Origin: Octopus vulgaris
Lineage: Eukaryota
NCBI GenBank assembly: GCA_951406725.2
Contig: OX597816.1
Span: 22,692,001 to 22,756,000, forward strand
Length of the DNA: 64,000 bases
Direction: 5' to 3'
Numbering within the stretch: the stretch's first letter is position 1; each line of letters starts with the position of its first letter. The position numbers were made by a program, and so were the translations under genes. The notes under the pieces are model-generated. The model was not told the origin of the DNA, did not search any database, and was given only the letters and a program-made list of their open reading frames with translations. Positions 1-13,192 of the stretch are shown in pieces.

Positions 1-33
1 TCATCTGCTGGTATTGATACATCAATTAGAAAG

Positions 34-34
<1 letters not shown>

Positions 35-91
<57 letters not shown>
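35..91. repeat. (ATT)n microsatellite
   Basis: Pure ATT repeat read directly. Confidence 0.95.
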
Positions 92-92
<1 letters not shown>

Positions 93-104
93 TCATCATC
101 TAAT

Positions 105-490
105 GTAGCTTGCTTACGAACCACATAGTTCCGGTTTCAGTCCCACTGCGTGGCACCTTGGATAAGTGTCTTCTACTATAGCCTCGGGCCGACCAAAGCC
201 TTGTCAGTGGATTTGGTGGACGGAAACTGAAAGCCCATCGTATATATGTATATACATGTATATGTGTGTGTGTGTATGTTTGTGTGTCTGTGTTTTTCCC
301 CCAACATCGCTTGACAACTGATGCTGGTGTGTTCACGTCCCATAACCTAGCGGTTCAGCAAAAGAGAGACCGATAGTATAAGTACTAGGCTTACAAAGAA
401 TAAGTCCTGGGGTCGATTTGCTCGACTAAAGGCGGTGCTCCAGCATGGCCACAGTCAAATGACTGAAACAAGTAAAAGAGTAAAAGAGTA
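105..490 (+). mobile_element. SINE family A copy, 5'-truncated
   Basis: Matches full copies at 16195, 17004, 24264 and 29083: B-box-like GGTTTCAGTCCC, internal (TA)(TG) tract, tail GGCGGTGCTCCAGCATGGCC..GACTGAAACAAGTAAAAGAG. Starts at GTAGCTTGCTTAC. Confidence 0.9.
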
Positions 491-2185
491 TCTTTGCAGA
501 GTTTCCTGCGACCACCATTACTCTTTTCTTTTCCGGTACCTGTCCAAACATTATTTATATTTTTTCGTCAACTTCTTATGAACCACGAATACTGTTTTTA
601 TATCCACATCAAGCGTTAAAACCAGTACTGAATGTAGTTCAAAAGGAAAGCATACAGATGGCCAACTAATGATACAATGTGATATTCTTATGAGGAAAGA
701 AAAAGCGTTAATATGTAAACGTAAAAAAAAAATTACTGCAGGATTAAATCTCATTTATCAAATGAACTGAAATTTATAGATGAAATTAATGAAAAACGTA
801 AGTAACGGGATATACAATTTCTTAAAACGTTCTAACGTCCACGTAGCAAGCTAATGGTAAATGCATCTCACTAGATGTCATTCCTTAAGTGAAGGGTGTG
901 AAAGCTAAATGGTCAAATGGAATTAATAAGATGAATGAAGCAGAAGTAATCTATTTGTATGAGGAACGTGAACGTACTATTAGCAGCCTAATAGAAATAG
1001 TTTTGGTAAGGGGATTTGATGGTCCATTTGTAAAAGTACCTTTTATTGTATTTGGAGCGTCTTAGAAATTGGGCTGTAAACGTAACTTAAAACAATATAT
1101 ATATATTAAGATTCCTTCAAATGGTCTTAACTTCGAGTAGTGTGGAATAACGTTTGGCTGTGTTTTGCAGGAAATCCTCGTCTAAAATGTATCTTTATGG
1201 TTCTATTACCTAGCTACTAATGATATGATTGATGCGTGTGTCTCGGAAGGGGTTCGCAAGTTCACGAAAACTTCATACAAAAACAACACCAGAATTAATC
1301 TTTGCACAGACAATTGTTTCTCTTGCTGTTACGAACTTTAAATGCAACAATAAACGAGATAGTTGGACAGAAATTTATTAGTCGAGAATCCGATTAGCGA
1401 ATAGGAAAATAAACAAACACGAAGATATAAAAGAATCAAGCGATTTTAAACGCTGTTCTGTTAAATTCGTTTTCGCTGATTTAAAATAACTTCAAGCCAT
1501 CGATTTCACACTAATTTAGACATAGTTATGACCTGCTAAGGTCAATTGGCACTGAATATACCGGAAATAAACAGTAACAATAGCAACAGTATCATGAATA
1601 AACAAGAAAAAATGAAGGCGAATACTGAGAATTTTATGGAAGTTGAGTAAACGTAACCGTTTAAAACTCTTATTAAACCAAATCAACACCCCCCATATCT
1701 GTATATTCTGGTAAATATATGAATTCCTGTACCATCAAATGACCATTAAGTACTTATCGATATTCGATTGTTGATAAAAGTAAAACACAATCCAAAAGAT
1801 TTAGTTTCCTCTAATATATAATTTTCATTCGTTCCAGTTACATTACGCTTATATATTTTTTATTTTATTTACTTTCTGATATACGAATTCTATAATTTAC
1901 TCTCACTAAGAAGGCACTACAAGTAGCCTCTTCAATCGTACACAGACATCTTGATAGGGTAAGTGTGGTAGGTTTAATAGGATTAATGTTTAGACTATAT
2001 TTAGGAAGTCAGTTTTTGAGGGCTAACACCTAAGTGCGAGAGAGTATCTTAAAGTAGTTCTAAGAATCAATGATTTAGTAAAATGTGTGGAGTGCATGAA
2101 TCAATGACATTGAAGTGGCAGGAGGATAAAAAGAGAAATATAATGATATTATGTAGATTACGGTTGTTTTTAGAGGAACAGAATA

Positions 2186-2606
2186 GTTTCTTTTTTTTTT
2201 ACTGCCCACAAGGTGCTACACACAGAGGGGGAAAACAAGAGCAGACAAACGGATTAAGTCGATCATATTGACCCCAGTGCGTAACAGGTACTTATTTAAT
2301 CGACCCTGAAAGGATGAAAGGCAAAGTCGACCTCGGCGGAATTTGAACTCAGAACGTAGCGGCAGACGAAATACCTATTTCTTTACTACCCAGAAGGGGC
2401 TAAACACAGAGGGGACAAACAAGAATAGACAAACGGATTAAGTCGATTATATCGACCCCAGTACGTAACTAGTACTTATTAAATTGAAACCCGAAAGGAT
2501 GAAATGCAAATCGACCTCGGCGGAATTTGAACTCAGAACGTAACTGCAGACGAAATACTGCTAAGCATCTCGCCCGGCGTGCTAACGTTTCTGCCAGTTC
2601 GCCGCC
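2186..2606 (-). mobile_element. SINE family B, head plus two tandem body/tail units
   Basis: Reverse complement of GGCGGCGAACTGGCAGAAACGTTAGC..GAGTTCAAATTCCGCC..TTTCATCCTTTCGGG. Second unit joined at AAGAAATA/GGTATTTCGTC. The central domain resembles the Meta-SINE domain (from memory). Confidence 0.88.
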
Positions 2607-2769
2607 GTTTAGCTTCTGTCGACGACATAACCCACGGAGTCGCTGACGCGTCAAGACAGTTGACATGTTGTCGGGGAAACTTATATATAAGTTGTCGGGA
2701 AACTTATGTGAAAGTTTCTCTCCTGAGATAATTTCGATTATATGTGAATGTGAATATAATTACCTGTGT

Positions 2770-3140
2770 GGAGGGGTAATGGCCCAGTGCTTATGGCAGC
2801 GGACTCGCGGTCATCGGATCGCAATTTCGATTCCCAGGCCGGTCGTTCTGAGTGTTTATTGAGCGAAAGCTCCACGAGACTCCTGCAGGAGGTGGGTGGA
2901 AAATCCTGCTGTACTCTTTCACCACAACTTTCTCTCACTCTCTCTTCCTGTTTCTGTTTAATCTGTATTTCTAAGGGCCAGCCTTGTCATAATCCGTGTC
3001 ACGTTGAATCTCCTCGAGAACTACGTTAAGGGTACACGTGTCTGTGGAGTACTCAGTCACTTGCACGTTCATTGCACGAGCAGACTGTTCCGTTGATCGG
3101 ACCAACTGGAAGCCTCGTTGTCGTAACCGACAGAGTGCCA
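2770..3140 (+). mobile_element. tRNA-derived SINE (head 2 + tail Y)
   Basis: A-box TGGCCCAGTG and B-box TTTCGATTCCC. Homologous to 20590-20955; tail shared with 15703-16028. Confidence 0.85.
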
Positions 3141-3351
3141 CGAATTACTTGTACTACAAAGCATGTCAACGCTTGTTGTGTAACCTAATTTCCACGAATT
3201 TCCACTTATAGCTGTGGCACTGATATTGAGATATTTCGCGCGAGAAATGTACTTTCATAGACTTATAAGCCAATTGTATCTTTTGTGCTACGAACATGAA
3301 TATTTCATTATTTTATGTGTATTATTTTACATATAAGTATAAGGATGCAGG

Positions 3352-3600
3352 TGGAAGCGCGTGGCTTAGTGGTTAGGGTGTCAGCATCATGATCGTAAGA
3401 TTGTGGTTTCGATTCCTGAACCGAGCGACTCGTTCTGTTCTTGAGCAAAACACTTCACTTCACGTTGATCCTGTCCACTCAGCTGGCAAAAATGAGTAAC
3501 ACTGCGATGGACTGGCGTCCCGTCAAACTGGGGAACACATACGTCATAAAACCGGGGAACCGGCCCCATGAGCCTGGCTAGGCTTTAAAAGGGCGTATTT
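3352..3600 (+). mobile_element. tRNA-derived SINE (head 1 + V-SINE-like tail X)
   Basis: GGAAGCGCGTGGCTTAGTGGTTAGGG head, GTTTCGATTCC B-box, and GCGATGGACTGGCGTCCCGTC resembling the V-SINE domain (from memory). Confidence 0.75.
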
Positions 3601-3793
3601 ATTTTATTTTATAAGGATGTAGCACTTAATACGTGTTCTATGTTTTCCAGAGTGTTAATCATATCTCCTTAAAGTTATGATATGCCAAAGAGATGCAGTT
3701 ACTGTTGCTCTTTAAGCATCATCCAAAAGACTTATTTGGGATCGGTTTCTAATCGTAGCCATTCCATCCTTATAACATTATGCAGTACTTTAA

Positions 3794-4197
3794 AGGCAGC
3801 GAGCTGGCAGAATTGTTACTACGCCGGGCGAAATGCTTAGCGGTATTTCGTCCGCTGTTACGTTCTGAGTTCAAATTCCGCCGCTGTCGACTTTGCCGTT
3901 CATCCTTTCGGAGTCGATAAATTAAGTACCAGTTACGCACTGGGGTCGATGTAATCGACTTAATCCGATTGTCTGTCCTTGTTTGTCCCCTCTGTGTTTA
4001 GCCCCTTGTGGGTAGTAAAGAAATAAGTACTTCGTCTGTCTTTACGTTCTGATTTCAAATTCCACCGAAGTCGACTTTGCCTTTCATCCTTTCGAGGTCG
4101 ATAAATTAAGTAGCAGGGAAATACTGGGGTCGATGCGAGCGACTATGCCCTTCCCCTCAAACAGCATGTCTTGTGCCTATAGTAGAGAGGACTATTA
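3794..4197 (+). mobile_element. SINE family B dimer (tail 1 unit then tail 2 unit)
   Basis: Head GGCAGCGAGCTGGCAGAA; second body starts after AAGAAATAA at about 4027. Confidence 0.88.
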
Positions 4198-4633
4198 CCT
4201 TATGAAACAACAAAATGTTCTACAAATAGCGCTCTTTCCTAAAGTATCAATTCATTACACAAATATTCCACATTTGTCGTAGTATGTATTGTCAAATAAT
4301 TTATTCTCGAAAGTGTGGTCAGCATAAATATCATCGCTAAATTATTCATACAGGGCGTAATAAATTTGTGAATAATTGTTAAACAAGTATACAGATGTAA
4401 TGTATAAATGACACCGCTTCAATATTTCATTATGCAGGTGTGGAACAAGATATATGGCAACTGCTTTCATTGGTTCTACGAAATAGAGCTGCAATAATAT
4501 CATTTTCGAATAAGCCAAAGAAAATTTTCAAATTCAATTTTGGTATAACCTAGTTTAACAGTAATTTAAATTAACAACTGAAAACAGATGGACCTTAAAT
4601 GTTTAGAATTATTTTCATAAATGTATGTGCAGG

Positions 4634-4639
<6 letters not shown>

Positions 4640-4700
<61 letters not shown>

Positions 4701-4723
4701 ACGTATGTATGTATATATATATA

Positions 4724-4812
<89 letters not shown>
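4640..4812. repeat. (TA)n microsatellite, one of many such tracts (e.g. 6320-6615, 21540-22370, 24050-24260, 30500-30890, 37850-37983)
   Basis: Direct reading; source of the spurious YIYI ORFs. Confidence 0.95.
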
Positions 4813-4813
<1 letters not shown>

Positions 4814-4825
4814 GTTTTACATATA

Positions 4826-4918
4826 CAGGGGTTGGACAAAATTTTGGAAACACATTAAAATTTCAAACAAATTTATTTCAATTAGGGGTAGGACCATATT
4901 TGGCAGTAATTACACCAT
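4826..4918 (+). mobile_element. Tc1-like transposon terminal fragment
   Basis: TA|CAGGGGTTGGACAAAATTTTGGAAACAC resembles a Tc1 TIR after a TA target; no partner TIR seen. Confidence 0.5.
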
Positions 4919-4919
4919 A

Positions 4920-5148
4920 TATATTTACATAAGTATACACGTATATGTTTGTGTGTTTGTGTTTGGCTCCCTACCACCGCTTGGCAACCGATGTTGGTGT
5001 GTTTAAGTCCCCGTAACCTAGCAGTTCGGAAAAGGAGACTGACAAAATAAGCACTAAGCTCACAAAGAATAAGTTCGATTCCTTCGACTAAAGGCAGGGC
5101 TCCAACATGGCTGCAATCAAATAACTGAAACAAGAAAAGGAAAGAAAT
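4920..5148 (+). mobile_element. SINE family A, 3' half, diverged
   Basis: CAACCGATGTTGGTGTGTTT..CTCCAACATGGCTGCAATCAAATAACTGAAACAAG. Confidence 0.8.
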
Positions 5149-5524
5149 AACGAAACATCATAAACATCTTATGACAATATTGAAGGAGAATTCAGAAAGC
5201 AATAATGATAGCCGAATGGATGTGCGTCTTCGGAAAGCTGCCAGAGTACATAAAAAAAAAACAATTGTAGCAAATCCTTTTACTTGGACAAAAATCCTTC
5301 TGTTTACTGAGAATCAAACTTGGGATTATATTTCAATGGCATTCGATGAAATCATCTTCCATTTAAACCGAGGGAATTATCGGATTTCCTTAATATATTT
5401 ATGATCACTAAATTTCATTGTCGAATTCCTGCATATAAATGATGTCTTTTGAGATATTGGCTATTGGTCCGAAAACAAAAACCAACAATGTATAGCAAAA
5501 CAATCATAACCATACACGTGACTT

Positions 5525-5750
5525 GTAGTAGTAGTAGTAGTAGCAGCAGTAGCAGTAGCAGTAGTAGTAGTAGTAGTTAGTAGTAGTAGTAGTAGTAGTA
5601 GTAGTAGCAGCAACAGTGGTAGTAGTAGTGGCAGGAGCTGCAGCAGTAGTAATAGTAGTAGTAGTAGCGTAGAGGCTAGTGGTCGTCGTCATCGTCGTCG
5701 TAGCAATAGCTGTACTTGTAGTAAGTGTAATCAGTAAGAAAGTTATGTTG

Positions 5751-5805
<55 letters not shown>

Positions 5806-6195
5806 CACGATAATGATGATCACGATGATGAGGATAAAGATGTATGGGAATAGAGGGGGAAGTAGAAGTACTGTGATAGACTTGGCGGCAGTTGTTGTGC
5901 ATGTGGTGTTCGCGTCCGTGGTGGTAGCGATATTGACAATGAAGATGAATACGGCGATAATGATTATTATGATGATCGTTATCATGATGATGATGAAGAA
6001 GAAGAAGAAGAAAGAGAAGAAGGAGAAAGAGAAGAAGGAGAAGAAGGAGAAGGAAGACAAGAAGTAAGTTAAGAAGAAGAAAGAAGAAGAAAGAGGAAGA
6101 AAGAAGAAGAAAGAGGAAGAGGAAGGGAAGAAGAAGCTGGAGAAGGAGGACGAGGGGGAGGAGGAGTAAAAGATGGAGAGGAAAGAGGAGGATGA
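5525..6195. repeat. Compound trinucleotide low-complexity tract (GTA/GCA, GAT, GAA/GAG)
   Basis: Direct reading; poly-M/K/H ORFs here are artefacts. Confidence 0.9.
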
Positions 6196-6317
6196 AGCAC
6201 TTACAAAATTTAAATGTTCTATAACAATGCTAACAAATTTTTTTAAATATGTAAACATTTGAAAACACTGAAAATGCATCGGCGTGTGTGTGATAGTATC
6301 TATATATGTAGATATGC

Positions 6318-6390
<73 letters not shown>

Positions 6391-6392
6391 TC

Positions 6393-6497
<105 letters not shown>

Positions 6498-6558
6498 CTA
6501 TATATATTTCTACTAAGTTCAGTATGTGGCAAAGTAATTTATTTTACTAAGCCCTAAT

Positions 6559-6619
<61 letters not shown>

Positions 6620-6978
6620 ATATTACGTGGGTAATAATCTTATAGCGTGCTTCCCAAAACATTTCTGCTGGTTTCGGCTATCACATAGAGTAAAACATAT
6701 TTCCTTCGATATACATGCAGAAACCAGCGAGTACCCGTAGAATTCATATGAAAAAAATTAATTAGAGGAGATAGAATGAAAAGGTTTTATTAGAAATTAC
6801 TCCAGCTGAAGACGTGCATGTATGTACCCATTCTTCATTTATGTTAATGCAACAATTCATATAATATACATAACCTCCCGCAATTACAAGCTGATACTGA
6901 TGTGACGAAACAATTGTAGTAATAAAGCCTGTTCATTCCATCTCTTCGTATATAAATACTCTTTTGTGTGTGTATATA

Positions 6979-7955
6979 CAGGGTGGAGAAGCAAAATTTA
7001 CAATATTTTGAGGCAGGAATTGAAAGACATTGTATGACGAATTAGTTTATTGAAAGTCATGAGAATTATTTGCCACAAGAAAATTTACACAATAGAAAAT
7101 GTTCTTATTCTATATGTGCTCCTTCTTTCTCAATATCTGCCTTCACACGCTTCCTGAAACTTGCGCAAGTGTCCCTCACATATTCAGGAGACAAAGTCTC
7201 CCATTCTTCTTTAATAGTATATTTAAGAGAATCGACATTACTGTGTGATGTTCTATTGGTAGCATGTTCTAAAACGCCCCAAATAGCATAATCCAGAGGG
7301 TTTAGATCTGGGCTAGAAGGTGGCCATAAACATGATTCCAAAAAATTGCTAAAGTTGGATTTGCAGAAATCTTGTATTTTTCTAGCTGTGTGGGCTGGAG
7401 CACCATCCTGTGTCCATACAAAATTACCATCTGGGTAGTTTGCTTTAAGCCATAGCAATACCTGGTATCTCAGAGTCTTGTAGTAAGTATTAACATTGAT
7501 CTTTTCGTCAGCTTTGTAGAATTTTATACGCACTTTCTTTTTATCGGAAACCAACCACACCAAAAGCCATAAGTTGAGCAGGATGTTTTGTTTTGAATGT
7601 CTCCTTAACCTCATCTGTTGATTTTGCAATAAATCTGTCATTTCTGCGGTTCATAACAGCATCGACACTGAAGATCTTTTCATGTGAAAAGATCGTTACA
7701 ATGGAGGACATTTTCCTGAACCAAGTAATAATTTTCTTGCACCTTTCCAATCTTTTTTCCATCATAGCTGTTGTCAACAAGTGTTTTGGTGTTCTTGTGT
7801 AAGAGTTTAACCTCAAATCATATTTTACTGCATTTCTAAGGGTCTTGTTGACTACCTCAAGTTCGATTGCCATTTTTCTCTTGGATTTGGTTGGATCCTT
7901 TAGGATTTTGAATTTGAGAGCTTTAATAAAAACTTTGGCACGTTTTTTGTTGTTC
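6979..7955 (-). mobile_element. maT-family (DD37D) Tc1/mariner transposon, frameshifted and 5'-truncated
   Basis: ORFs 7541-7978 and 7105-7641 give IFSHEKIF (degenerate first D), WTQDGAPAH and WPPSSPDLNPLDY, with 37 residues between the 2nd and 3rd Asp. TA|CAGGGTGG terminus at 6979. Confidence 0.9.
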
Positions 7956-8559
7956 ACTGGGTTTGTAAAACAGAGCAAAGCTACAGGAAACCAAAAGACG
8001 AATGATCACAATAAGCAGTCCCTACCCTAGTCTTTACCACTCCCAATGTAGGATTCCTGACCATCCAGGTGACAGACACAGCCGTAAGATGCATTACGAA
8101 TCTATAGCAATTGGAAGGGCGTGACCCAACTGAAATAAACATTAACAACTTGGTGGCGTGAGGGCTAAGGAGAAATGAAAGTTGGAGTTTTGCAAATGAC
8201 CCCTATACTGATATGTAAGTGGATAGAATAAATTTACAATCTATAAATGCCTTTGAATAACTAGTCACTCATCTGGGAAGGCCTTAAAATTAATGTTACC
8301 ATGTGGGGACTATGTTTGACCGAGTGATAATAAAAAGACTGTAAGGAGGTCTGTAATCAAATAACTTTACTCAACACTTCGCAACTGAATCAGTGGAGGC
8401 AAAGATGCCTCTCATTGACTTGACAATTTATGCAGCACATTGCAGAAATCCCTGTTTCACCATTGAATTACAAATAATGCTCATCTTCTATGCTCGGATG
8501 ACCACACAGCTTCCAAGAGTACAATTATTCATCTTTGCTTAGATAAAATGACAAAATTG

Positions 8560-9195
8560 TGGGTGTTAAGTCCCCATGAAGGGGTCTTTCTAACTTGTAA
8601 GAAGATGAAATTTTATAAATATTACTTCATTTGTATCTAATATCTATGGTTAAAATTTCACCAACAGTAAAAATATATGAATTGCCATGGGGGTTATGGC
8701 CCTTATGCATAGAATATAATTTCCAAATTTCGTAAAGGTCCATTCAGTACTTTTGACTTAGTTTTGGATCATAAAAGAAATAACTAAAATTTGGGAGTTA
8801 AGGCCCCCATTAGGGTGTCATAGAATCCTTATGTGAAGTGGAAACTTTGAGAATACTTCTTGATGTGTGTCAATTACCCAAGGTTGAAATTTCATCAACA
8901 TCGAAAATTTATGTATTTTCATGGGGGGGGGGGGTTCTACCTTTAAGCCATCCGAAATTCAAACCAAACATATTGCATTATACCCGCCCTTATGCATTGA
9001 ATCTAAGTTTCAAATATCATAAGGATCCATTCAGAAATTTTGGTCCATGAAATTGTATGAAACACACAGCATTACCCTTCTACCTGGGCTTCGATTTTGT
9101 GTTCCAAATTTCATTATGATCGGTGCAGCAGCAATTGTCGAATGTATAAGTAATACACGAACACATAAAGACATTGTCTTTGATATAATAAATAT
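8560..9195 (-). mobile_element. Probable Helitron-like element relic with internal subrepeats
   Basis: Recurrent ~140-bp units containing (G/A)AAATTTCA and CCCC/GGGG; end region CCAAATTTCATTATGATCGG resembles the Helitron 5' ends elsewhere in the window. Confidence 0.35.
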
Positions 9196-9260
9196 GAATG
9201 TACACATATACATACATGTATAAATATATGTGTGTGTGCTTGCGAGCGTGTGTGTGTATT

Positions 9261-9357
<97 letters not shown>

Positions 9358-9381
9358 TAAAGATAAATTGATAGATACAAC

Positions 9382-10045
9382 TGAGTGGGAAAACAAAAAT
9401 ATGAGGCACAGTGTAGTGCTTTTTTATGTTGATAAGCCTGGTACTTATTCTATTAGTTTCTTCTTATGAAACCAGTAAGTTATGGGGATGTAAATAAACG
9501 AACAGCAGTTGTGAAGCACTGATGAGAGTGAAAGACAGAAACAAAGTCACACACATACACTTAAATATATGCATACATATATATACGATTGATTTCTTTA
9601 AGTTTCTGATTACGAAATCACTCTATATATATGTATGTACACACACACACACACACACATACACACACACACAAAGATATATTGTGTGGGCAAACAAAAA
9701 TATGAGATACTGCCTAGGTGTTTTATTTTATTTTTATTAGCCTGGTACTTACTCTATCAGTTTCTTGTGAAACCAGTAAGTTATGGGGATGTAAATAAAC
9801 AAACACCAGTTGTGAGGTTGTGATGAGGGAGAAACACAAAGACACACACACAGAGTTACACATATACATACATATATATACGATTGATTTCTTTCAGTTT
9901 CTGTCTACAAAATCCCCTGACAAGGCTTTGGTTGGTCTGGGGCTATAGCAGAAGACACAAGCCAAGTCACCACACAGTGGAACTGAAATGAGGACCATGT
10001 GTTTTGGAACGAAGTTTGTTACCACACAGCCACACCTGCACCTAT
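9382..10045 (-). mobile_element. Diverged SINE A with a ~300-bp local tandem duplication (9382-9623 vs 9682-9920)
   Basis: Two copies of GTGGG(A/C)AAACAAAAATATGAG..GAAACCAGTAAGTTATGGGGATGTAAATAAAC; head at about 10045. Confidence 0.75.
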
Positions 10046-10589
10046 GTATGTGTGTGTGTTGGGGTGTGGTTGAGGTGTGTGTATGGGTGTATATATATGT
10101 ATGCATGTATATCTGTGAATATATATGTGTACATATTACATGTACATCTATATATATACATCTACACATATACATGTATACATATACATCTATATGTATA
10201 GAAATAAATGTATACATATACAGCTATACAAGCACACACATACATAGGTGCAAGTGTGGCTGTGTGGTAATAAACTTGTTTCCAAAACACATGGTCCTGG
10301 GTTTAAATATAAATTTAAAATCATAAGGGTGAGAAATTGAATATTAATTTGATTAATATAACTTGAAAATAGTGGTGTAGCATATAAGACCATAGCGGAT
10401 CTTCTTCTAGCAAAATGGATGTCCACTGTTAACGGTTCATCACTCTTGTATAGTTTCACTTTAATAGTTTCAGTATTACAGTGAAAGTATCTGACATTAC
10501 AATAGAGAGATGTTTTTGTTTCACTTTTAACACGTAATACTGAAATAGTGGAGAAGATATGATATTGCTGTGGGCTCGCCCTAGGCAAG

Positions 10590-10750
10590 AAGTTAGAAGG
10601 TTTTTTGCCGAAGACACTCCCTGGACCCTAAGTAAGGCATGTGTAAAATTTTAATGAAATTGGTTGTGCAGTTCTCAAGTTTTAGGGATTCATACAGACA
10701 GACAGACAGACATACAGACAAACACACATTCTGAGTTTTATATATATACA
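10590..10750 (-). mobile_element. Helitron-like 5' end fragment
   Basis: Ends CAGACAGACA..TTTTATATATATA, the same architecture as the Helitron 5' end at 17570-17696. Confidence 0.45.
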
Positions 10751-10751
10751 T

Positions 10752-11062
10752 TACACCGCCCCGCACACTCTAGCACCGATCACTTCCCAGCACCCACACC
10801 ATCCTCTACACACCTACACATGCACATACGCACGCGTCCAGGTCACCAGCCCCTATCCACACGCACATATACCCTCCCAAATACACATGCACGCGCAACC
10901 TTGCTTTAGGATCACCACTACTTTTTCATCTCCCCTTCTTCCTAGCTCTCCTGTCTGACCACATCTGTCCGACTTTCGCCATGACTGATCGCTCACAACT
11001 AAACCATTTTATTTTCTCTCTCTGTTTATTTCTGTATTCTTTTCTGTTGCAGAGCGTAGGAT
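10752..11062 (+). mobile_element. Penelope-like element 3' UTR fragment
   Basis: C-rich 3' UTR with ACTCTAGCACC (also at the end of the PLE at 57105-57418). Ends TTTCTGTTGCAGAGCGTAGG, homologous to the hammerhead-like motif near 61450-61480. Confidence 0.55.
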
Positions 11063-11291
11063 TGTCGTTCATTTAGGAGATTTTAGGATGATAGAGCATT
11101 TTATTGTTCTATTTCATTCAAGAGGTTCTCAATACAATAAATTCTGAACCCAACATGTGGTCAGCTGCTATAGAGTGGGGTTTGTTGACCGCATTGTATA
11201 ATACCACCATGTCGCTATGGAATGGTGAAACAATTTTTTTTTGTTCTCTGAAAAAGCAACATATTGGACTTACGTCACTTTTGCATAATAG

Positions 11292-11364
<73 letters not shown>

Positions 11365-11401
11365 CTGTGTGTGTACGTGTATGTATATATCTATATATAT
11401 G

Positions 11402-11439
<38 letters not shown>

Positions 11440-11475
11440 TACACATATATATATATATTTATATATATATATATA

Positions 11476-11869
11476 CTAGCAGTATCGCCCGGCGTTGCTC
11501 GGGTTTGTAAGGGAAATAACTATATAAGCATTTTTAGAGATGTAAAGTATAATAGCCATCTCAATATGGCTACCCACAAAGGGATGGGGGTGTTACTGTA
11601 GCTTTTTACGTTCTGAGATTTAATATATTTTTAGAGAGTTACTTCCCTTATATATGCCAAAAATGCATTAAAAATGGGAAAAATTGATGGTAATTTTTTT
11701 TTAAATCGTAGATCCATCGTAGACGCGCGCTAATACCCAGAAGGGCTCGATATGAATCACGACTATAAGATACCCGGTTTTGGTTAAACTGCACCGCAAA
11801 ATGTGGGAGTAGTTTGGAATCTAAATCGTAGGGGACAAACAGCACACAACCTCACTTTTATATATAAAT
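11476..11869 (-). mobile_element. Non-autonomous Helitron
   Basis: On the minus strand, 3' hairpin CCCGAGCAACGCCGGG followed by CTAG|T; near-identical to 35553-35952. Confidence 0.85.
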
Positions 11870-12014
11870 ATATATATATCATTTTGCTCAAGAATACAAT
11901 CCACCACCTGGTCTAGGAACTGAAGCTATATAGCAGCCCATTAACCACCTGGTCAAGCGCCCTACTAATATATTATATTATATTACATTACATTATATTG
12001 TATTGTATTATATT

Positions 12015-12053
<39 letters not shown>

Positions 12054-12403
12054 GTATAATATAATACAATACAATATAATGTAATGTAATATAATATAAT
12101 ATATTAGTAAGGGCGCTTGACCAGGTGGTTAATGGGCTGCTCACGAGATCATAGCTTCAGTTCCTAGACCAGGTGGTGGATTGTATTCTTGAGCAAAATG
12201 ATTCATCTCATGTTGCTCTTTGACGCCTGATCTGTGGTACACCTGTGCACCTGTCCAGGCAAGGTGGATTTCATGTATGGCACATACCTTTGATTACTAT
12301 AAATAAAATAATTGTGCACGTTGTTCGGCCTAATCTGAATACTCATACGTCGTCTTCGACTGGAGAGTCCATTATTTATATATTATATATATATAATATA
12401 TAT

Positions 12404-12480
<77 letters not shown>

Positions 12481-12484
<4 letters not shown>

Positions 12485-13192
12485 TTAAAAATTGAGGGAG
12501 ATAAATTAATATTAATTTTAATATCAATTTAAAACCAGTAGTCCAGCATTCAAAAAATCTGAGGAGTCAGAGAAAATTCAAATATATGTGTATATTGGCA
12601 GGGCTGGCCTGCTAGGTAGCCGGCCAGAATGCTAGAAATAGATCATAAACGATCAAACTACAAGGGAAATTCTCTAGAGATTTTTTGAATGCTGGACTAC
12701 TGGTTTTAAATTGATATTAAAATTAATATTAATTTATCTCCCTCAATTTTTAAATATTTAAATAAATACGTTCCCTAGTAGTAAGCTTTACCCGCAGTGA
12801 ATTATTCACTGCAGCCCTTCGCTTCAGGAGTCTCTTAGCGCGCCGGAACCAAGACATTTGAAATTTTATTCCCGATGTAATCAGTAAGACTAAGCACGTG
12901 TCTGTCTTGACACGGAGGGCTGGGGTTAGTCTTGCAGTTTGTATCTCGAGGACCGAATGTACTGAAGAAGTCACGGACACTTGAATTATGCAAGTAATTC
13001 CTTTGTTAAGACCGAAACCGAGGTATGCATTTAAGTCTATTTTTTATTTAATTTTTCATATGTCCTGCCCGCCAAATTTGGTTCTGGTGTTCGCTGAATT
13101 CTTCCTCTAGAGAATTTCCCTTGTAGTTTGATCGTTTATGATCTATTTCTAGCATTCTGGCCGGCTACCTAGCAGGCCAGCCCTGCCAATAT

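Noticed and set aside
4566-5006. Long [12 protein letters not shown] ORFs here and throughout the window
   Set aside because: Translations of stop-free microsatellites.
5171-5404. ORF faintly like Tc1 transposase (WTKILLFTE)
   Set aside because: Similarity too weak to call without a search.
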